Assembly (NCBI GenBank): GCA_964016885.1
Contig: OZ024741.1
Location: forward strand, 52,762,001-52,826,000
Source of the DNA: Eledone cirrhosa
Taxonomy: Eukaryota
Length of the DNA stretch: 64,000 nt
Direction of reading: 5' to 3'
Below are positions 1 to 14,410 of the stretch, piece by piece; position 1 is the first letter of the stretch, and the number at the start of each line of letters is the position of its first letter. The notes under the pieces were generated by a model. It was not told the origin of the DNA and made no database searches. It saw only the letters and a list, made by a program, of their open reading frames with translations. A program made the translations under genes and the position numbers.

Positions 1-437
1 GGTCGGGCACCTTTCTCTCTGGCCAACAACTGGTCCGTTTCTTCCGATATCATTTCGGAAGAAGGATCAGGATGGAGAGAGAGGTGCTGCACCCCAGCCG
101 TTTCTATGAAAGATGGGTGAAAGTGGCGAGAATGGCCCGTGTGAATGGGCCTTCACTCTACATCAGACTATAGGTGAGGAAGATAAAAGACCAAGGGAGC
201 ACCCCTTCTCTGTGCTCCTGAGGAGAAGGGTTGCACACTTTTTTCGGGGGTGTGTGCGACCCCCCAAGGCGCCTCCTCTCTATTGAGGATTTTGTTAAAA
301 ATTTTATTTTTTGTTATATCTTATTTTATTTTTATATTTTGTTATTGCCTTCTCCTTATTGAGGACGCCTTTTTGTGTAAACTCCCCCCTTTGTACTTGT
401 CCCACTTTTGATGCCCTAGTGGCAAATAAAAGAAATA
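1..437 (+). mobile_element. 3' end (ORF2 C-terminus and 3' UTR) of an upstream Tx1/L1-clade LINE copy
   Basis: Closely similar to 5936-6328 (same ORF2 tail and UTR ending ...AATAAA(A)GAAATA), followed by (TATC)n. Confidence 0.85.
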
Positions 438-532
<95 letters not shown>

Positions 533-557
533 ATATCTATCTATCTATCTATCTATA
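438..557 (+). repeat. (TATC)n/(GATA)n microsatellite between two LINE copies
   Basis: Directly visible, about 30 units. Confidence 0.95.
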
Positions 558-789
558 TCACCTAGCTGTCGTCTGTTCGATAGCGTAGACGTAATTCACT
601 TCGCGCAGAAGTTTTGTTCCAATTTATTGCGGAAATATTGTAAGTTTAATTTTAATTTTGATACTATTGTGTAGCTTGAACCCCGTCTGAACTGTCAGGC
701 GGTGGGTCAACTCATTTTCGCCCCTCCCAGGGGTGAAAAACCTGTTTAAAAAAAATTTTGTTGCATAAAATTTCAATCGTCTGGGAGAA

Positions 790-2684
790 ATGTTAAATGA
801 AGCTAACGAAAATAGTGGTGGGGGGACAGCGGTAAGAGTTGTAAGCTCGCACGCTTTAGTCGCCCCTTCCTTCCCAACTAACGTCATAGAGAAGGAAAGA
901 AAAAATAAAATAAAAACAGACGAATGTGCGGAGAAAAATGTTGACGAAAACACAAATCTGGACATTGATTCCAACAACAACAAAAATTTGGAAGAATTGC
1001 ATGACAATATTAATACCACAAACAAAGAAACAACAAACACAAAAATAACATTTGAAAACAATAACATCATAACAGAAAGCAAAACAGACGACAAAGTCAA
1101 CACCAATAATATCTCATTTGCACAAACAACAAAAAAATCTTTAACATACATACCTGAAAATATTTCAGATGTGGCACAAAGAATAAAAAACGCCAAACAA
1201 TTCATAACTCAAGGGGAAAATGGAGCCTTGTCGGTAAAAATGTCCCAAGAACTCACCAAAGATATTGTAAGTCGGACGGTCGTTTTCCGCACCATCAACA
1301 ACATCTCAAAAAAGCCGCAACAACCAACACAAGTAGAAATTAAAGCGGTACTTAGAGAAGTATTTAATGAAGCCACTTTCATAAGAAGAGACAGGCTGTA
1401 TGCAAGCCTGGCCATTATTATGAAGAACGAATCGGCGGCGAAAAAATATGCTTTGTCGCCGATTCATTCGACACATTTTACCTTTTATCCATCTTATATG
1501 GGTAAAAGAACTCAGCGCATATGGCTGGATGCGATGATGCCAGATATGGACTACTGCTGGCTCATAGCTGGCTTCATTGATCCAGCGAATGACAACGTAA
1601 TTTCCATTGGGAAAACCACAGGCAATGCGTTCAGTGGAACAGGTATAGAACTTGTAGTGCAAATGAAGCCTGAACGCATTGCCCAAATACCCGACAGAAT
1701 CCTATTAGAGGGCCACGGGTATATAAACATTAGCGTGGAGGGGAGAAGGCCGTCCTGTCATATCTGTGCAGGCAGAAGGCACCTGAAGGCGGCTTGTCCA
1801 CAACTCAACAAGAAGAAAACCCTGCTACCAACACCAGCTCCACCACCACCACAACAGATAAACAAACAACAAAACTCAGTCCCACCCAACCCGTCCCTCA
1901 GTAAAACTACACCACCACCACAGAACATTACCCCAAAACAAAACACAGTCCCACCCAACCCCTCACTCAATAAAACAACACAACCACCGCAGCCACAACA
2001 CACAACACAGTCTAACATAGTGACATCCATCTCCCCCACAAAGAAAACTAACACGGAAACACTACCAGCAAACATACCTCTTCCCTCCAACACTGAATAT
2101 AACCCAACGAATTCGGAGGAAGAAACGGAGTCCTTCAGACAGATTAAAAGGAAAAAAAGAAAACATGTGCAAAACACACAAGGCCAAACAGCCCCTACCC
2201 AAATGTCAACACAATCCAACAAAACACAGAACACCCCTCCAGCAACAAACAAAACCAAACCTGCCACTCCCCTCTTCGAAACACTCACACCATCCGAAAA
2301 GAGACATTACACTATACTTACACAAACAGAAACAATAATAAATTAAATGAACTCATAAACAATAACCCTTCGGTACAAACCGAAGGGGTAAACTTTGTTT
2401 TTTCAGAAAACAACCCACAATTAAAATTAATAAAGGTCTCAATGAACCTCTACCAAAAACTAAAAAAGGATTTTAAGGAGGACGTAGGACCGCCCTCTGT
2501 TAAACCCATAAACCGCGTCCTCCTAAAAAGCTTCCCCTCCCCCCTTCCCCTCCCCAACACAACTCCAATCACCCCAACCCCACCAAACACTGACGACCCC
2601 ACACCACCACAAGACACCCCTTCACCCAACACCACCGACCCCATGGAAGTCGTGCGACCCGAACCCCGGGAAGCAGAAAGGTAG
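790..2684 (+). pseudogene. LINE ORF1 (gag-like nucleic-acid-binding protein), frameshifted near 2340
   Basis: ORF 790-2346 has CHICAGRRHLKAAC (CX2CX4HX4C) and a Pro/Thr/Gln-rich tail; reading appears to continue in another frame to the stop at 2684, just before ORF2. Confidence 0.75.
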
Positions 2685-2717
2685 GTCTCTACACTCTCCT
2701 TTGGCTTTGCCGCCCAC

Positions 2718-5700
2718 ATGGATGTGTTAAGAGTAGGATGTTTGAATGCACGTGGCCTGGGCTCAACTTGGAAACAAGCAAAGCTTCTAAATGACCTCAG
2801 GTCACGTGGTATAAATGTAATGGTTATCTGTGAGACTCGGATCAGCGTCGTGCGGCAGCTGGCCCCTACCTTCGATGACTTTGGGGTGCACGCATCTCTC
2901 TGTCAACCTGGAGGTGGGGGTGGGGTGGTCGTACTGCTGGAAAAACACCTGGGTCTCGCCGTACAGGTTGTTCACTCGGACCCGGAAGGTCCTTTGTTGG
3001 TGCTAGACGTTGGCAGTAGTGGAGGTGCGGCTTTGAGACTGGTAGTCGTCTACTCTCCTTTCAGAGCTGAACGACCCGACTTCTTCCAGCATCTGGAGAC
3101 TTTTCTGGGAACGTCGCGTTCCCTGCTTCTAGCGGGGGACTGGAATGACATCCTAGATGCACGTTGGGATTATGCAGGAGCATGTCCTAATAGAGGGGCG
3201 TGTAACAGCTTCAAGGGGTTACTTGACCGTTTTAACTTGGTCGATAGATATCGACTAGATTTTCCAACTGTGCCAACCTGGACTTGGACGAACCACAGTG
3301 GTCAATCTAGATCGTACTTAGATAGATTCTCAGTTAGAAGTAAGGATAGGGACATATTAAGCTGTCCAGAAATGCTCACGGTTGGCTATACAGATCACAA
3401 ATTAGTGACCTGCGTAGTCAACCTCGAGAGAACACATAGACAGGGTCCCGGTTACGGGAAACTTAATTTGTCTTTACCGGCAAAAGAGGCTTACAGAGAC
3501 CGGATTAGCAGATTAGTTAAGGAGAGGTTGACGGGTGCAATCGTCAACAACCGATGGTGGGCATCTCTCAAAAGAGATTAGAACAGAATCAATAAGTTAT
3601 AGCAAGATGTTAGCTGCCGATAGTAATAGGAACGAGAAAGAATTAACAGGTAAATTAGAAGAGGCAATCAAGAGCGAAGATGTGGCCAGAGTGCTGGCAT
3701 CGAGGACGGCCTTGAGCCAGTTTTTCGATGCAAAGCACGATGGCTGCGTCATTTGAAGTAAAAGACGTGCTCTAGGTAATGAGGGGTCAAAGCCGTTGGC
3801 TGGGCCCGCGTGACAGAAGATATGAGTGGAAATCGATCCACCATCCGGTCTTTGCAAGACGAGGATGGACGGGTGATCCGGGAGCCTAAGCAGATGAGCG
3901 AGGCCTTTCAAAGGCACTTTGCCCGATTGTTCGGGGAGGCGAGGGTCCGGGCGGGGACGTGGATTTCGGTCCATACCTCGACGGCCTGCCGCGTCTCTCA
4001 AGCGAAGAGGCAGAGTCCTGCGAGGGACCAATCTCGGCTGATGAGATCGGGGATGCGCTGAGCCAATGCAGCAGACGCAAATCTCCAGGTCTCGATGGTA
4101 TACCTTACGAACTTTATTTAGCAATGCCGGTCTTCTTCTCCGAACTCCTCGAAGCAGTCTACTGCAATTGGCAGCAGAACGGGATAATTCCTTGTTCTGT
4201 AGCCAAGGGCGTAGTCTCGCTGGTGAGGAAGGACGAGAACAAGGGGGATAGTATAAATAATTTTCGGCCCATAACCCTGCTAAACACAGAGTTAAAGATT
4301 TTGGCCAAGGTGTTAGCAAAGAGGTTGGCGCTTGTCGTGGGTGGCCTGGTGGGAGATGCGCAGACATGTGTTATCCCATCCAGGTCCATTCACGACAACC
4401 TCCACCTCATGCGATACATCATAGAGAGGGTTGGCAACAAACCCGGCTTCGGTGGGGCCCTGATCAACTTGGATCAGTCTAAGGCGTTCGATGGGTCGCT
4501 CCTGTTTTCAGAGGCTGGATCACTGCCTTACATAGCAACCACATCTGTTCTAGGATCAAGGTGAACGGCTACCTTTCGAAGTCATTCGAAATCACGCGAT
4601 CCATTCGAAAGGGGTGCCCTCTCTCCTTCCTTCTGTACGTATTGACTTTCGAGCCTTTACTGAGGAAGTTGGAGTTGTTGCAGGGTATCCCCCTGGAACC
4701 AGGATTGAGCAAAGCGGTGTCGGCCTACGCCGATGACGTAACAGTAATGGTATCGACCGACTCGGAGATCGAGGCGATCGGTACCTTACTGGAGGAATAC
4801 GAAAGGTTGTCAGGAGCGAAACTGAACCGGGAAAAATCCATCGGGCTGCAACTTGGAACGTGGAGAGGCAGACCGATGCCTCCCGACGGTGTCGTCGGAC
4901 ACTGGACGGAGGGCCCGGTGAAGTTGCTTGGGGTCTGGTTTGGACCGGACCTCCAGGTGGAAAAGAACTGGGGCGAGGTTACGAACAAGGTGTTTGAACT
5001 GAGACAGAAATGGGCCAAGTGTAAGCTGTCCCTGAAAGGTCGGGCGGAGGTGGCGAACATTTACATAGCGTCCGTCACCTACTACCACCTGACTGTCGTG
5101 CCTTGCCCTAAGGAAACAATCACCACCATGGAACGCATTCTCTTTCAATTTCTTTGGAAGATGCGCCCTCCTATGGTGAGAAGATCCATCTGCTGCCAAC
5201 AACCTTCCAAAGGAGGGCTGGGGATGCCGTAGTTGATGATGCGTAGGCACGCATTAAGGCTACGGCACCTACAGGTATTCCTCACTGGTCAACCTGTGTG
5301 GGCTCCGTTCGTGAGACGAGCCTTTCCGAGACTCGTCTCGCTCACCGAGCTGCAGTCCTGGGTCAAGCAAAGATCCGGAAAACTGGGCGACTGGCACACT
5401 GAGTGTGCCCAGGCGCTCAGGGCTCTCTGGCAAGCGGACCCGGCCATCGGTGGAGAATCCACCTCATCATTCTATAGAGGGCTGGTGGCTAGCAGGGGCG
5501 ATGACACCCTTGGAGAGTCGCTGGACATGGAAGAGGACGAACTGGCCAGCCTGTTCGGTAGGACTTTCGGCCAGGGACCAATGGACAACTTCCAGAAGTC
5601 ACTGGCCTGGCAGTGCTACCGTGGGGCTCTACCCGTTCGAGAGAGGCTCTACAGACACGGGCGCCCGGGCAGGGATCCCTCGAAAAAGATTTGCCCTAGA

Positions 5701-6108
5701 TGCGTGCGTCACGAAGAAACCGTTGCGCACGCATTGGTGCACTGTCCGGGCGTGGCTGATCTGTGGGGCTAGGCCGAACGACTGCTGTTGCGGGTGGCGC
5801 CGATTCGATTGACCGCCGAGTCCGTGGTAACAATCAAGCCGCCTCCCCTCTTCACAAAGGAAGCAAAGGCGGTTTTTCTGTGCGTAATAGCCATGTTGAA
5901 AGAGGTTGTTTGGTGGACACGATTGAAAGATCTGAGGTCAGGCAACTTCCTCTCTGGCCATAGTCTGGTCTACTTCTTCCGATATCACTTCGGAAGAAGG
6001 ATAAGAATGGAGAGAGAGGTGCTTGGCCACAGGCAGTTTTATGAAAGGTGGGTGATAATAGCGAGAATGGCTCGTGTAAATGGGCCTTCTCTGTATACCA
6101 TCCTGTAG
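2718..6108 (+). pseudogene. LINE ORF2 (APE endonuclease, reverse transcriptase, zinc motif), disrupted
   Basis: Motifs CLNARGL, ICET, GDWN, SYLDRF, TDHK (APE); KSPGLDG, NFRPITLLN, LDQSKAFD, KGCPLS, YADD (RT); CPRC..ETVAHALVHC. Split over ORFs 2718-3581, 3959-4564, 4561-5232, 5233-5772, 5788-6108 by stops and frameshifts, with a probable deletion near 4492. Confidence 0.92.
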
Positions 6109-6357
6109 GTAAAGAAGTGAAGGAGAGGGGCGCACCTTCTGCATGTGCTCCCCGGGCAAAGGACTGCACACTTTTTCGGGGGGGGGGGGTGCAACCCCCA
6201 TCACGTCCCCTCCCTTTTGAGTTTGTTTATGATTATTTTCATTTTATACCCTTTTTACTCGGTTTTATGTAAACTCCCCCTTTGTATTTGTCCCTTCTTT
6301 TTATACCGTTATGGTAAATAAAGAAATATATCTATCTATCTATCTATCTATCTATCC

Positions 6358-6441
6358 ATTTTACACGTTTTTATTGTATGTAAACTTCCCCCTTTGTATT
6401 TGTCCCCTTCTTTTGTGCCCCTGTGGCTAATAAAGAAATAT
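6358..6441 (+). mobile_element. Short extra copy of the LINE 3' terminus
   Basis: TATGTAAACTTCCCCCTTTGTATTTGTCCCC...AATAAAGAAATA repeats 6267-6328, with TATC repeats on both sides. Confidence 0.75.
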
Positions 6442-6464
6442 ATCTATCTATCTATCCATCTATT

Positions 6465-6537
<73 letters not shown>

Positions 6538-6621
6538 ATCTCTCTCTCTCTCTCTATATATATATATAGAGAGAGAGATAGATATATGTGTGTGTATGTG
6601 TGTGTGTATGTGTGTGTGTGC

Positions 6622-6652
<31 letters not shown>

Positions 6653-6860
6653 CACATCTTTGTATTTTATTTATCAACATATACAAATGTGTGAAAAAGG
6701 AAAACTTCATTTTAATATCCCAATATCCAAACGATACGAATTCGCACCAACAGATTCCACCCACACTCACAGACACACACACACACACATACAAACAAAC
6801 ATACGCACACACACACATACACACACATGTATATATATATATATATATACGTACACACAC

Positions 6861-6916
<56 letters not shown>

Positions 6917-7890
6917 GTAACCCCACCACTCTTACAGGCCCTAACGGGTCTTTCCGTATCCGCCATTCCTTCACCTTCACATCCACCCATGTTGTCTATG
7001 CCCTCCGGTGTTCCCTTTGCGGGTCTTTATATATCGGACAAACGGGACGCCGTATGGCGGACCGTTTTGCCGAACATTTGAGGGAATACGACTCGGTTTG
7101 GTTACTCCTGTCGACCGCCATTTCTGTTCTCCTGGTCATTCTTCCCTACATGTTTCAGTCCTGGGTGTCCTTTTATAGATCACAGGTCAGGCGCACCACG
7201 ACTGAACAAAGTCTGTTTCACCACCTTGGGTCCTATTCCCCTCTTGGACTCAATTCACCTCCCCAATTTCTCTAATATCCCATCCATTATCACATCCCTA
7301 GATTCCTATCGCTTTCTCTTGATCATTAGCAGCTTCTCTTACAACTAATACATGCCGACTATATATGCTTACTCCACTTTTCCCTTCACTGCTCTGTATA
7401 CACACATACACACACTTATATTAACATACTTTTGCTCATAGCTTCGTACTGACATGCACTCACACATACACTCTTTTACTCACATATACACACACATTTC
7501 TTCTTGGCTTCGTACGGACGTATAATAACACGCGCACACACACACACTCTCTCACACACACATACACACACACGCACGCACACACACACACATACTTACG
7601 CACGTGCTCAAGTATAGCTCTTTTTACAAAACGTTTTTTTTTCCATTTCAGTTTGTCACGCTCCATCATCCACTTTTCTAAAAAATAAAGCATACACAAA
7701 ACGCCAGCACCGACAGTTTCGCAAGAGATGTCAACATGAATGGACCTGTTATTTTTATCTAAAGACATTTTTTCTAATTCCATCCCGCCCGTCCCCTCAA
7801 ACTATCTTATTTCTCATTCTTTCTTCTGACGAAGGAATAGCGTCCGAAACGTTAAGACCGACTTCCTGCTATATCAAGCGTTAACCTAAT
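6917..7890 (+). mobile_element. 5'-truncated Penelope-like element (Neptune-type GIY-YIG end and pLTR)
   Basis: Translation HVVYALRCSLCGSLYIGQTGRRMADRFAEH...PLGLN (GIY-YIG); starts in (TA)n; HHR at the end of the 3' region. Confidence 0.85.
7822..7857 (+). ncRNA. Minimal type I hammerhead ribozyme
   Basis: TCTT-CTGACGA-A-GGA(atagcg)TCC-GAAAC-GTT-AAGA; stem I TCTT/AAGA. Confidence 0.75.
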
Positions 7891-8040
7891 ATATACCTCC
7901 CATATTCTGTACCCATTGTGTTGTTATTTCTGTTTACCTTATACATACATACATATATACACACACACACATATATATTTATAAATATATGAATCAAAAT
8001 GGCGAGCTGTGTTGTTGCAATTAAGTATAATGAAAAATTG

Positions 8041-8076
<36 letters not shown>

Positions 8077-8496
8077 CAGGATATATATTTGTGTAGCATG
8101 AATTTGAATGATGAGATTGTTTGATTTATGTATATTAACACACTAACAAGAACACACGCACGCACACACACACAAACGTATATGCACAATGAAACCTACC
8201 GATAAACATACACATTCACATATATATGACTTTATACGAAATAAATTACCTTACGAACAAGAAGATAGCTGCAGAAAATCTGCACACATATATACGAACA
8301 CACACACCTACATACATACACATACACACACACCCACACACATAGACACACACACACACTCAGACACACACACAAATATATATGTATATATGATACATAC
8401 GTATATATGTATGTATGTATGTATCTCTTTCTATTTCTCTCTCTCTATCCCTTCCATATACTGTACCGATTGCATTGTTATTTCTGTTTACCTTTT

Positions 8497-8544
<48 letters not shown>

Positions 8545-8629
8545 ACACATACACACACACACACACACATTTATATATATATATATAAATCTGTGTGTGT
8601 GTGTATATATATATATATATAAGAAAAAT

Positions 8630-8822
8630 AATTGTTTCTACTTTAGGCACAAGGCCAGCAATTACCCAGTGCATTACTGGTACTTTATTTTATCGACCCC
8701 GACCCCGTAAGGATGAAAGGCAAAGTCAACCTCGGCGGGATTTGAACTCAGATCGTAAAGGGACGTAACTATGCTGGAAAGCATGCCTTCCGACCCTCTA
8801 CCGATACTGCCAATCCACCGCC
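8630..8822 (-). mobile_element. tRNA-derived SINE, family A
   Basis: Minus strand has a B-box GTTCAAATCC and body GTTGACTTTGCCTTTCATCCTT..GGGGTCGATAAAATAAAGTACCAG (resembles the Nin-type SINE core); other copies at 30045, 32297, 34770, 62974. Confidence 0.8.
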
Positions 8823-9039
8823 CATATATGAGAAAAATAATGTACGTTTATATATAAAGCAGCTGATTTAAGAAGCATTTAGAACATTTGTAATCGGAAA
8901 TGTATGCGCGCCAAAGCAATTGACCACAATAATAATCAATCATTCTAAAAATAGCTGAGAAAACTTTTACGCCAAATCTATGACCTCCATTATGCCAAAC
9001 CCATAACATCCAAGTAACTGATCCACCGAACTCAGCTGT

Positions 9040-9870
9040 TTCGGATCGCATGAAAATCAATATACTGATTTAATAAGAGTAATGAGAAACGTGTCCCGCA
9101 TGTGCAATCCTAAAGAATTAGAGAGACACACACAACAATTCATTCACCGCTTGCAGTTCTCTGGCTACAATTAGAGAGACAAGATCAGAGTATATAGAGG
9201 AGTCAGGACTAAGTGAGCAAAGATTGTAGAAAATGATGCAAATGGGACTTGCCCCATGTATAGGAGAACATTTTGGAATATAATAGAATAGATTAAGGAA
9301 AAGGCAAATTAAATCAACTCATGCTATGATAGCAATAAATGCCAGAGTGTAATGTTCATCAAGATAACCCTTAGAGGCGAACTAGCTTACAGATTTAGAC
9401 GGGCTCTATACTAGATCAAATTAAATATTAAGACAGTTGAAAGACCAGGTATTCCCATAAAAACACTACTTAGTAAAACGCACCGATTTCAAAGAAATCC
9501 CTGCACTGATAGGAAATGTATAATCTGCAAACTAAGCCAGCAAACTAACTGCAAAACTAGAAACGTAGTATATAGCATAAGGTGTACTATGGAACAGTGT
9601 AGGAATAAGAACAGAACATACATAGGTGAAACAACCCGTAGCATAGGAGAAAGGATAAGTAAACACTAGCGAGAACTCCAAGATGGGAAAAACCCATCAG
9701 TACTCCATCAACATACCAAAATAGAACATAGGAACACACTGGAGAACATAAAAATAAAAATTACATCCACACACAGAAAAGATGCAAATCACTGAGGCGA
9801 CAAACATAACGGAACTCCAACCAACATTAAACAGAAAACATGAGTGAAATAGCACCATCACAACTAGTAA
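9040..9870 (+). pseudogene. Penelope-like RT thumb and GIY-YIG endonuclease fragment
   Basis: Manual translation with stops: RLQFSGY...KTVERPG...CIICK...NCKTRNVVYSIRC..C...TYIGETTRSIGERI..H. Confidence 0.75.
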
Positions 9871-10273
9871 TTAAGGACAAAATGAAGACATACAGACACA
9901 CACAAAAACCAAACTAATAAAGCAAATCAGGTACACACAGATGGAACAAAGAAACAGCCAGTGACAAGTAAATATACACATAAATAAATAAAAAAAAACA
10001 CACACACACACCCGGATATAACGTATGCGCATATATATATATAAATGAAAATTTCGCTCTACATAGCTGAATACAATAAATGTAATCTGAGCTTTTCGAA
10101 TATTAATAATAACATTCGATTCGTATGCAATTATGCAGTTCTGTTCGCATGCCAACACAAGAGCAAGAATGAAGGGTTCATTCTACTGACATGGCTATAA
10201 AATTGAGGCTTGTTTGCATAATTGCAAAAGAATCGAATGTTATTATTAATATTCGAAAAACTCAGATTACATT

Positions 10274-11030
<757 letters not shown>

Positions 11031-11161
11031 TATGGCTAATACTAACTATAACCTCGTCAATATATATTTTCTCCCAGTTAACAGACAGCCAGAAACGTAA
11101 TTAAATTTCCACTTTACCTCCGTGTTTCTTTAAAATTCAGTTTTATATATATATCGGCAGA

Positions 11162-11210
11162 GGTTGAAAAAGTTGGTTCTCCAGCTCCAGGCCAACGAAA
11201 CGTATGTTCC
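11162..11210 (+). ncRNA. Variant hammerhead-like motif (TTGAAAAA core)
   Basis: GG-TTGAAAAA-GTTGG..CCAAC-GAAAC-GTAT-GTT-CC; same stem II arms as 27496. Confidence 0.4.
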
Positions 11211-11437
11211 AGATATTGGCTGCGTTGTAGTAACCGGCCTTAATAATTATATATATATATATATAATTGAATATAAAAGAAAAACGAACACACATATGTA
11301 GATATATGTGTTCAAATCGCAAGGGACCAGATTCGCTAAGGTGAAAAGAATACTAACTATAGACAATAGGGTTTGCCTGTCTCAATTTAAGAAAAAATCA
11401 AGAAAATAAATACAAATTGGAATTGTGGTAACTACCA

Positions 11438-11515
11438 ATCACCCAGACAACTTGGTGCTGTTTCGCAATATTAATTGTGAATAGAATTACCAATTCTTGC
11501 TCATCAGTGGATGAT
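11438..11515 (-). ncRNA. Canonical type I hammerhead ribozyme
   Basis: ATCATCCA-CTGATGA-GCAA..TTGC-GAAA-CAGC(accaa)GTTG-TC-TGGGTGAT; 8-bp stem I and GUC site. Confidence 0.85.
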
Positions 11516-11615
11516 GAATTAGTATCTTAGACACTTCTAACTATATTAAGTCACTAAATAGTGTGCTATATATAATAACGCACATGGTATCTTAGCGTGT
11601 CTCAATATATACCTT

Positions 11616-11726
<111 letters not shown>

Positions 11727-12178
11727 TATATTTATATATATATATATATATATATATGTGCGTGCGTGTGTGTGTGTGTGTACACATATATATATACATA
11801 TACATATATGTAAATATGTGTGTATAAAACCAACTTTACATCACCACGCAACAGTATTTATTGCTTGGAAAGTGGTTCCAAAATGGCGGCTTTCGCAGTG
11901 GCAAAACTGACCGACATACGTATTAAGCCAAGCATATTTAAAGCTGGTTCAATGTTTGACGTATGAGATACTTTTAATCGAAATAACCTAAATGATGTAC
12001 AGTATGATATGTGTGTCTCTGTGTCTGAGGCCGTGTGATTCGCATATGCTCATATGTGTAGAAATAGATGGATTGAGAGAGGGAGAGAGAGAGGGGAGAC
12101 AGAGAGAGCGAAAGGGAGAGGGATAGAGAGATAGAGAGAGATAATGAGAATGGAATAGTGTATATGTAGAGACTGATA

Positions 12179-12324
<146 letters not shown>

Positions 12325-12356
12325 TCAGTCTCTACATATACACTATTCCATTATCA

Positions 12357-12473
<117 letters not shown>

Positions 12474-12512
12474 TATAAAAATACATATATATATATATAT
12501 ATATATATGTAT

Positions 12513-12554
<42 letters not shown>

Positions 12555-12618
12555 TGTTATACGATTTCAGATAAAGAATCTTGCTAAACAAATTCAGAAA
12601 CGAAATATATATATATAC

Positions 12619-12726
<108 letters not shown>

Positions 12727-12743
12727 AGAGAGAGAAAGAGGGG

Positions 12744-12841
<98 letters not shown>

Positions 12842-13223
12842 GCGACGGAGCTAGAGAGGGGCACAAGAGAAAGAGAATATAGCGGGAAGTAAGATGGGTG
12901 GAGAGTGAGATGTGGAAGTAGATATTTACATACTTTAACCAGAATCATTCAACATTGAACACTCTCCTGATTAGTTGACCGTTAAGGTGAGATCTTCGAA
13001 TGTGTATTCGCAGCATTTTCCGAGATGGACACACAGTAACACACACACACACACTTACACACACCCACACATATATATACACACTTACGCACACACAAAC
13101 ATACATGACTACATATATATACATATATGTATATATATATATATATATAGTCACGAAGTTTTATGTGTAAGTATAAATGTGTGAATGTGAGTATCTATTT
13201 ATGTGTATACATAAGATACACTT

Positions 13224-13269
<46 letters not shown>

Positions 13270-13547
13270 ATGTGTGTGTATGTATATATACATTTCATTA
13301 AGGTTAAATAGTGAGAGTTGTTATTCTGGGCTAGTGCATGTGTGTGTATGTGTGTGCGTGTGTATCAAGACACATATTTCGATACTCCTATATTCATCCA
13401 TGGATAAACATCCATAAATATTATGTGCACACACACGCACACACACTCATATATATGTAAGTATATATATATACATACATGCATATATATATATAGATAG
13501 ATATATAGATATAATATATATGCATATATATAAGTGTGTGCATAAGG

Positions 13548-13591
<44 letters not shown>

Positions 13592-13889
13592 CCCTATGCA
13601 TACACTTATACAGACACATACACAAAAAAATATCTGCGTCCATTAACATGATTGGAATGTAAAAGATGGATGTACATACTTTATAAAGTAGATGTATAGC
13701 ATTGAGTGGCATAAATACCATCTGGACTTTTCATTGGTCAATTTGATTAGATGTTGAAAATTTGATGACTGTAGTCACGCATACCTCTTTCCTATCTAGC
13801 GTTCTTATTGGTGGATTCACTTCAAAATATTGTTCGTTCTACGGTGTCGAAGTTGACTACAAGTTCAATGTTGGGTGCTGGATGTTTAG

Positions 13890-14310
13890 CTATGTCCAGA
13901 GGTGACAGATGAGGTCAATCCAGGTCTGGAAATTACGCTCACACGTGGGGCACATGTGGGTAAGTACTGCAGCGGAAGTGGCTCGTGTCTTGCACGCGGA
14001 GAATTTCCTGTGCGCCTCTGTTTTCTGTTGCACATGTTCCCTCTAAGGTTTTGCTTCACCAGTTTGGGAGAGCCAAGGCAACTGATTCCCAGCTACTGGG
14101 ATTTCAAAATATATAACTTATAATTGATGAAAGAGTAGCAGGCATATGTCTATGTATGTAAGGGTTGTCTGTTAGAACGTTGGATATTTGTTCCAGGATC
14201 TCGATATCTAAGTTCAAATCCAGCCTAGGTGCACTATGCGTTTCATCTATTTGTAGTCGATAGAAGCTCTTTCTTCTTTCATTTGTCACACTCTAGTTGT
14301 TCCTCTGTAT
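13890..14310 (-). mobile_element. Decayed RTE-type LINE 3' fragment
   Basis: Minus-strand frame ends HMCPTCERNFQTWIDLICHLWT*, like the terminal C2H2-type motif of RTE ORFs. Confidence 0.5.
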
Positions 14311-14410
14311 TAAAGGCTAGAGAGCGAGAGATAGAGATAGTCGCAAAAGCATAGTATATACTATTAACTATTACTCGATTGCGAGGGATTTATGTGTATA
14401 TATGTATATA

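Larger units (their letters stand above)
558..6328 (+). mobile_element. Near full-length, degenerate Tx1/L1-clade non-LTR retrotransposon
   Basis: 5' UTR, ORF1 with CCHC knuckle, ORF2 with APE endonuclease, RT and C-terminal Cys/His motif; (TATC)n on both sides. Confidence 0.9.

Noticed and set aside
624-5250. Antisense and alternate-frame ORFs over the LINE
   Set aside because: Shadows of ORF1 and ORF2 with no independent motifs
11876-11895. YY1-like CAAAATGGCGGC and ETS/NRF1-like motifs (also 7995, 19000, 28690-28745) as promoters
   Set aside because: Short motifs with no linked gene or start-site evidence; they may be pLTR promoter remnants but cannot be supported
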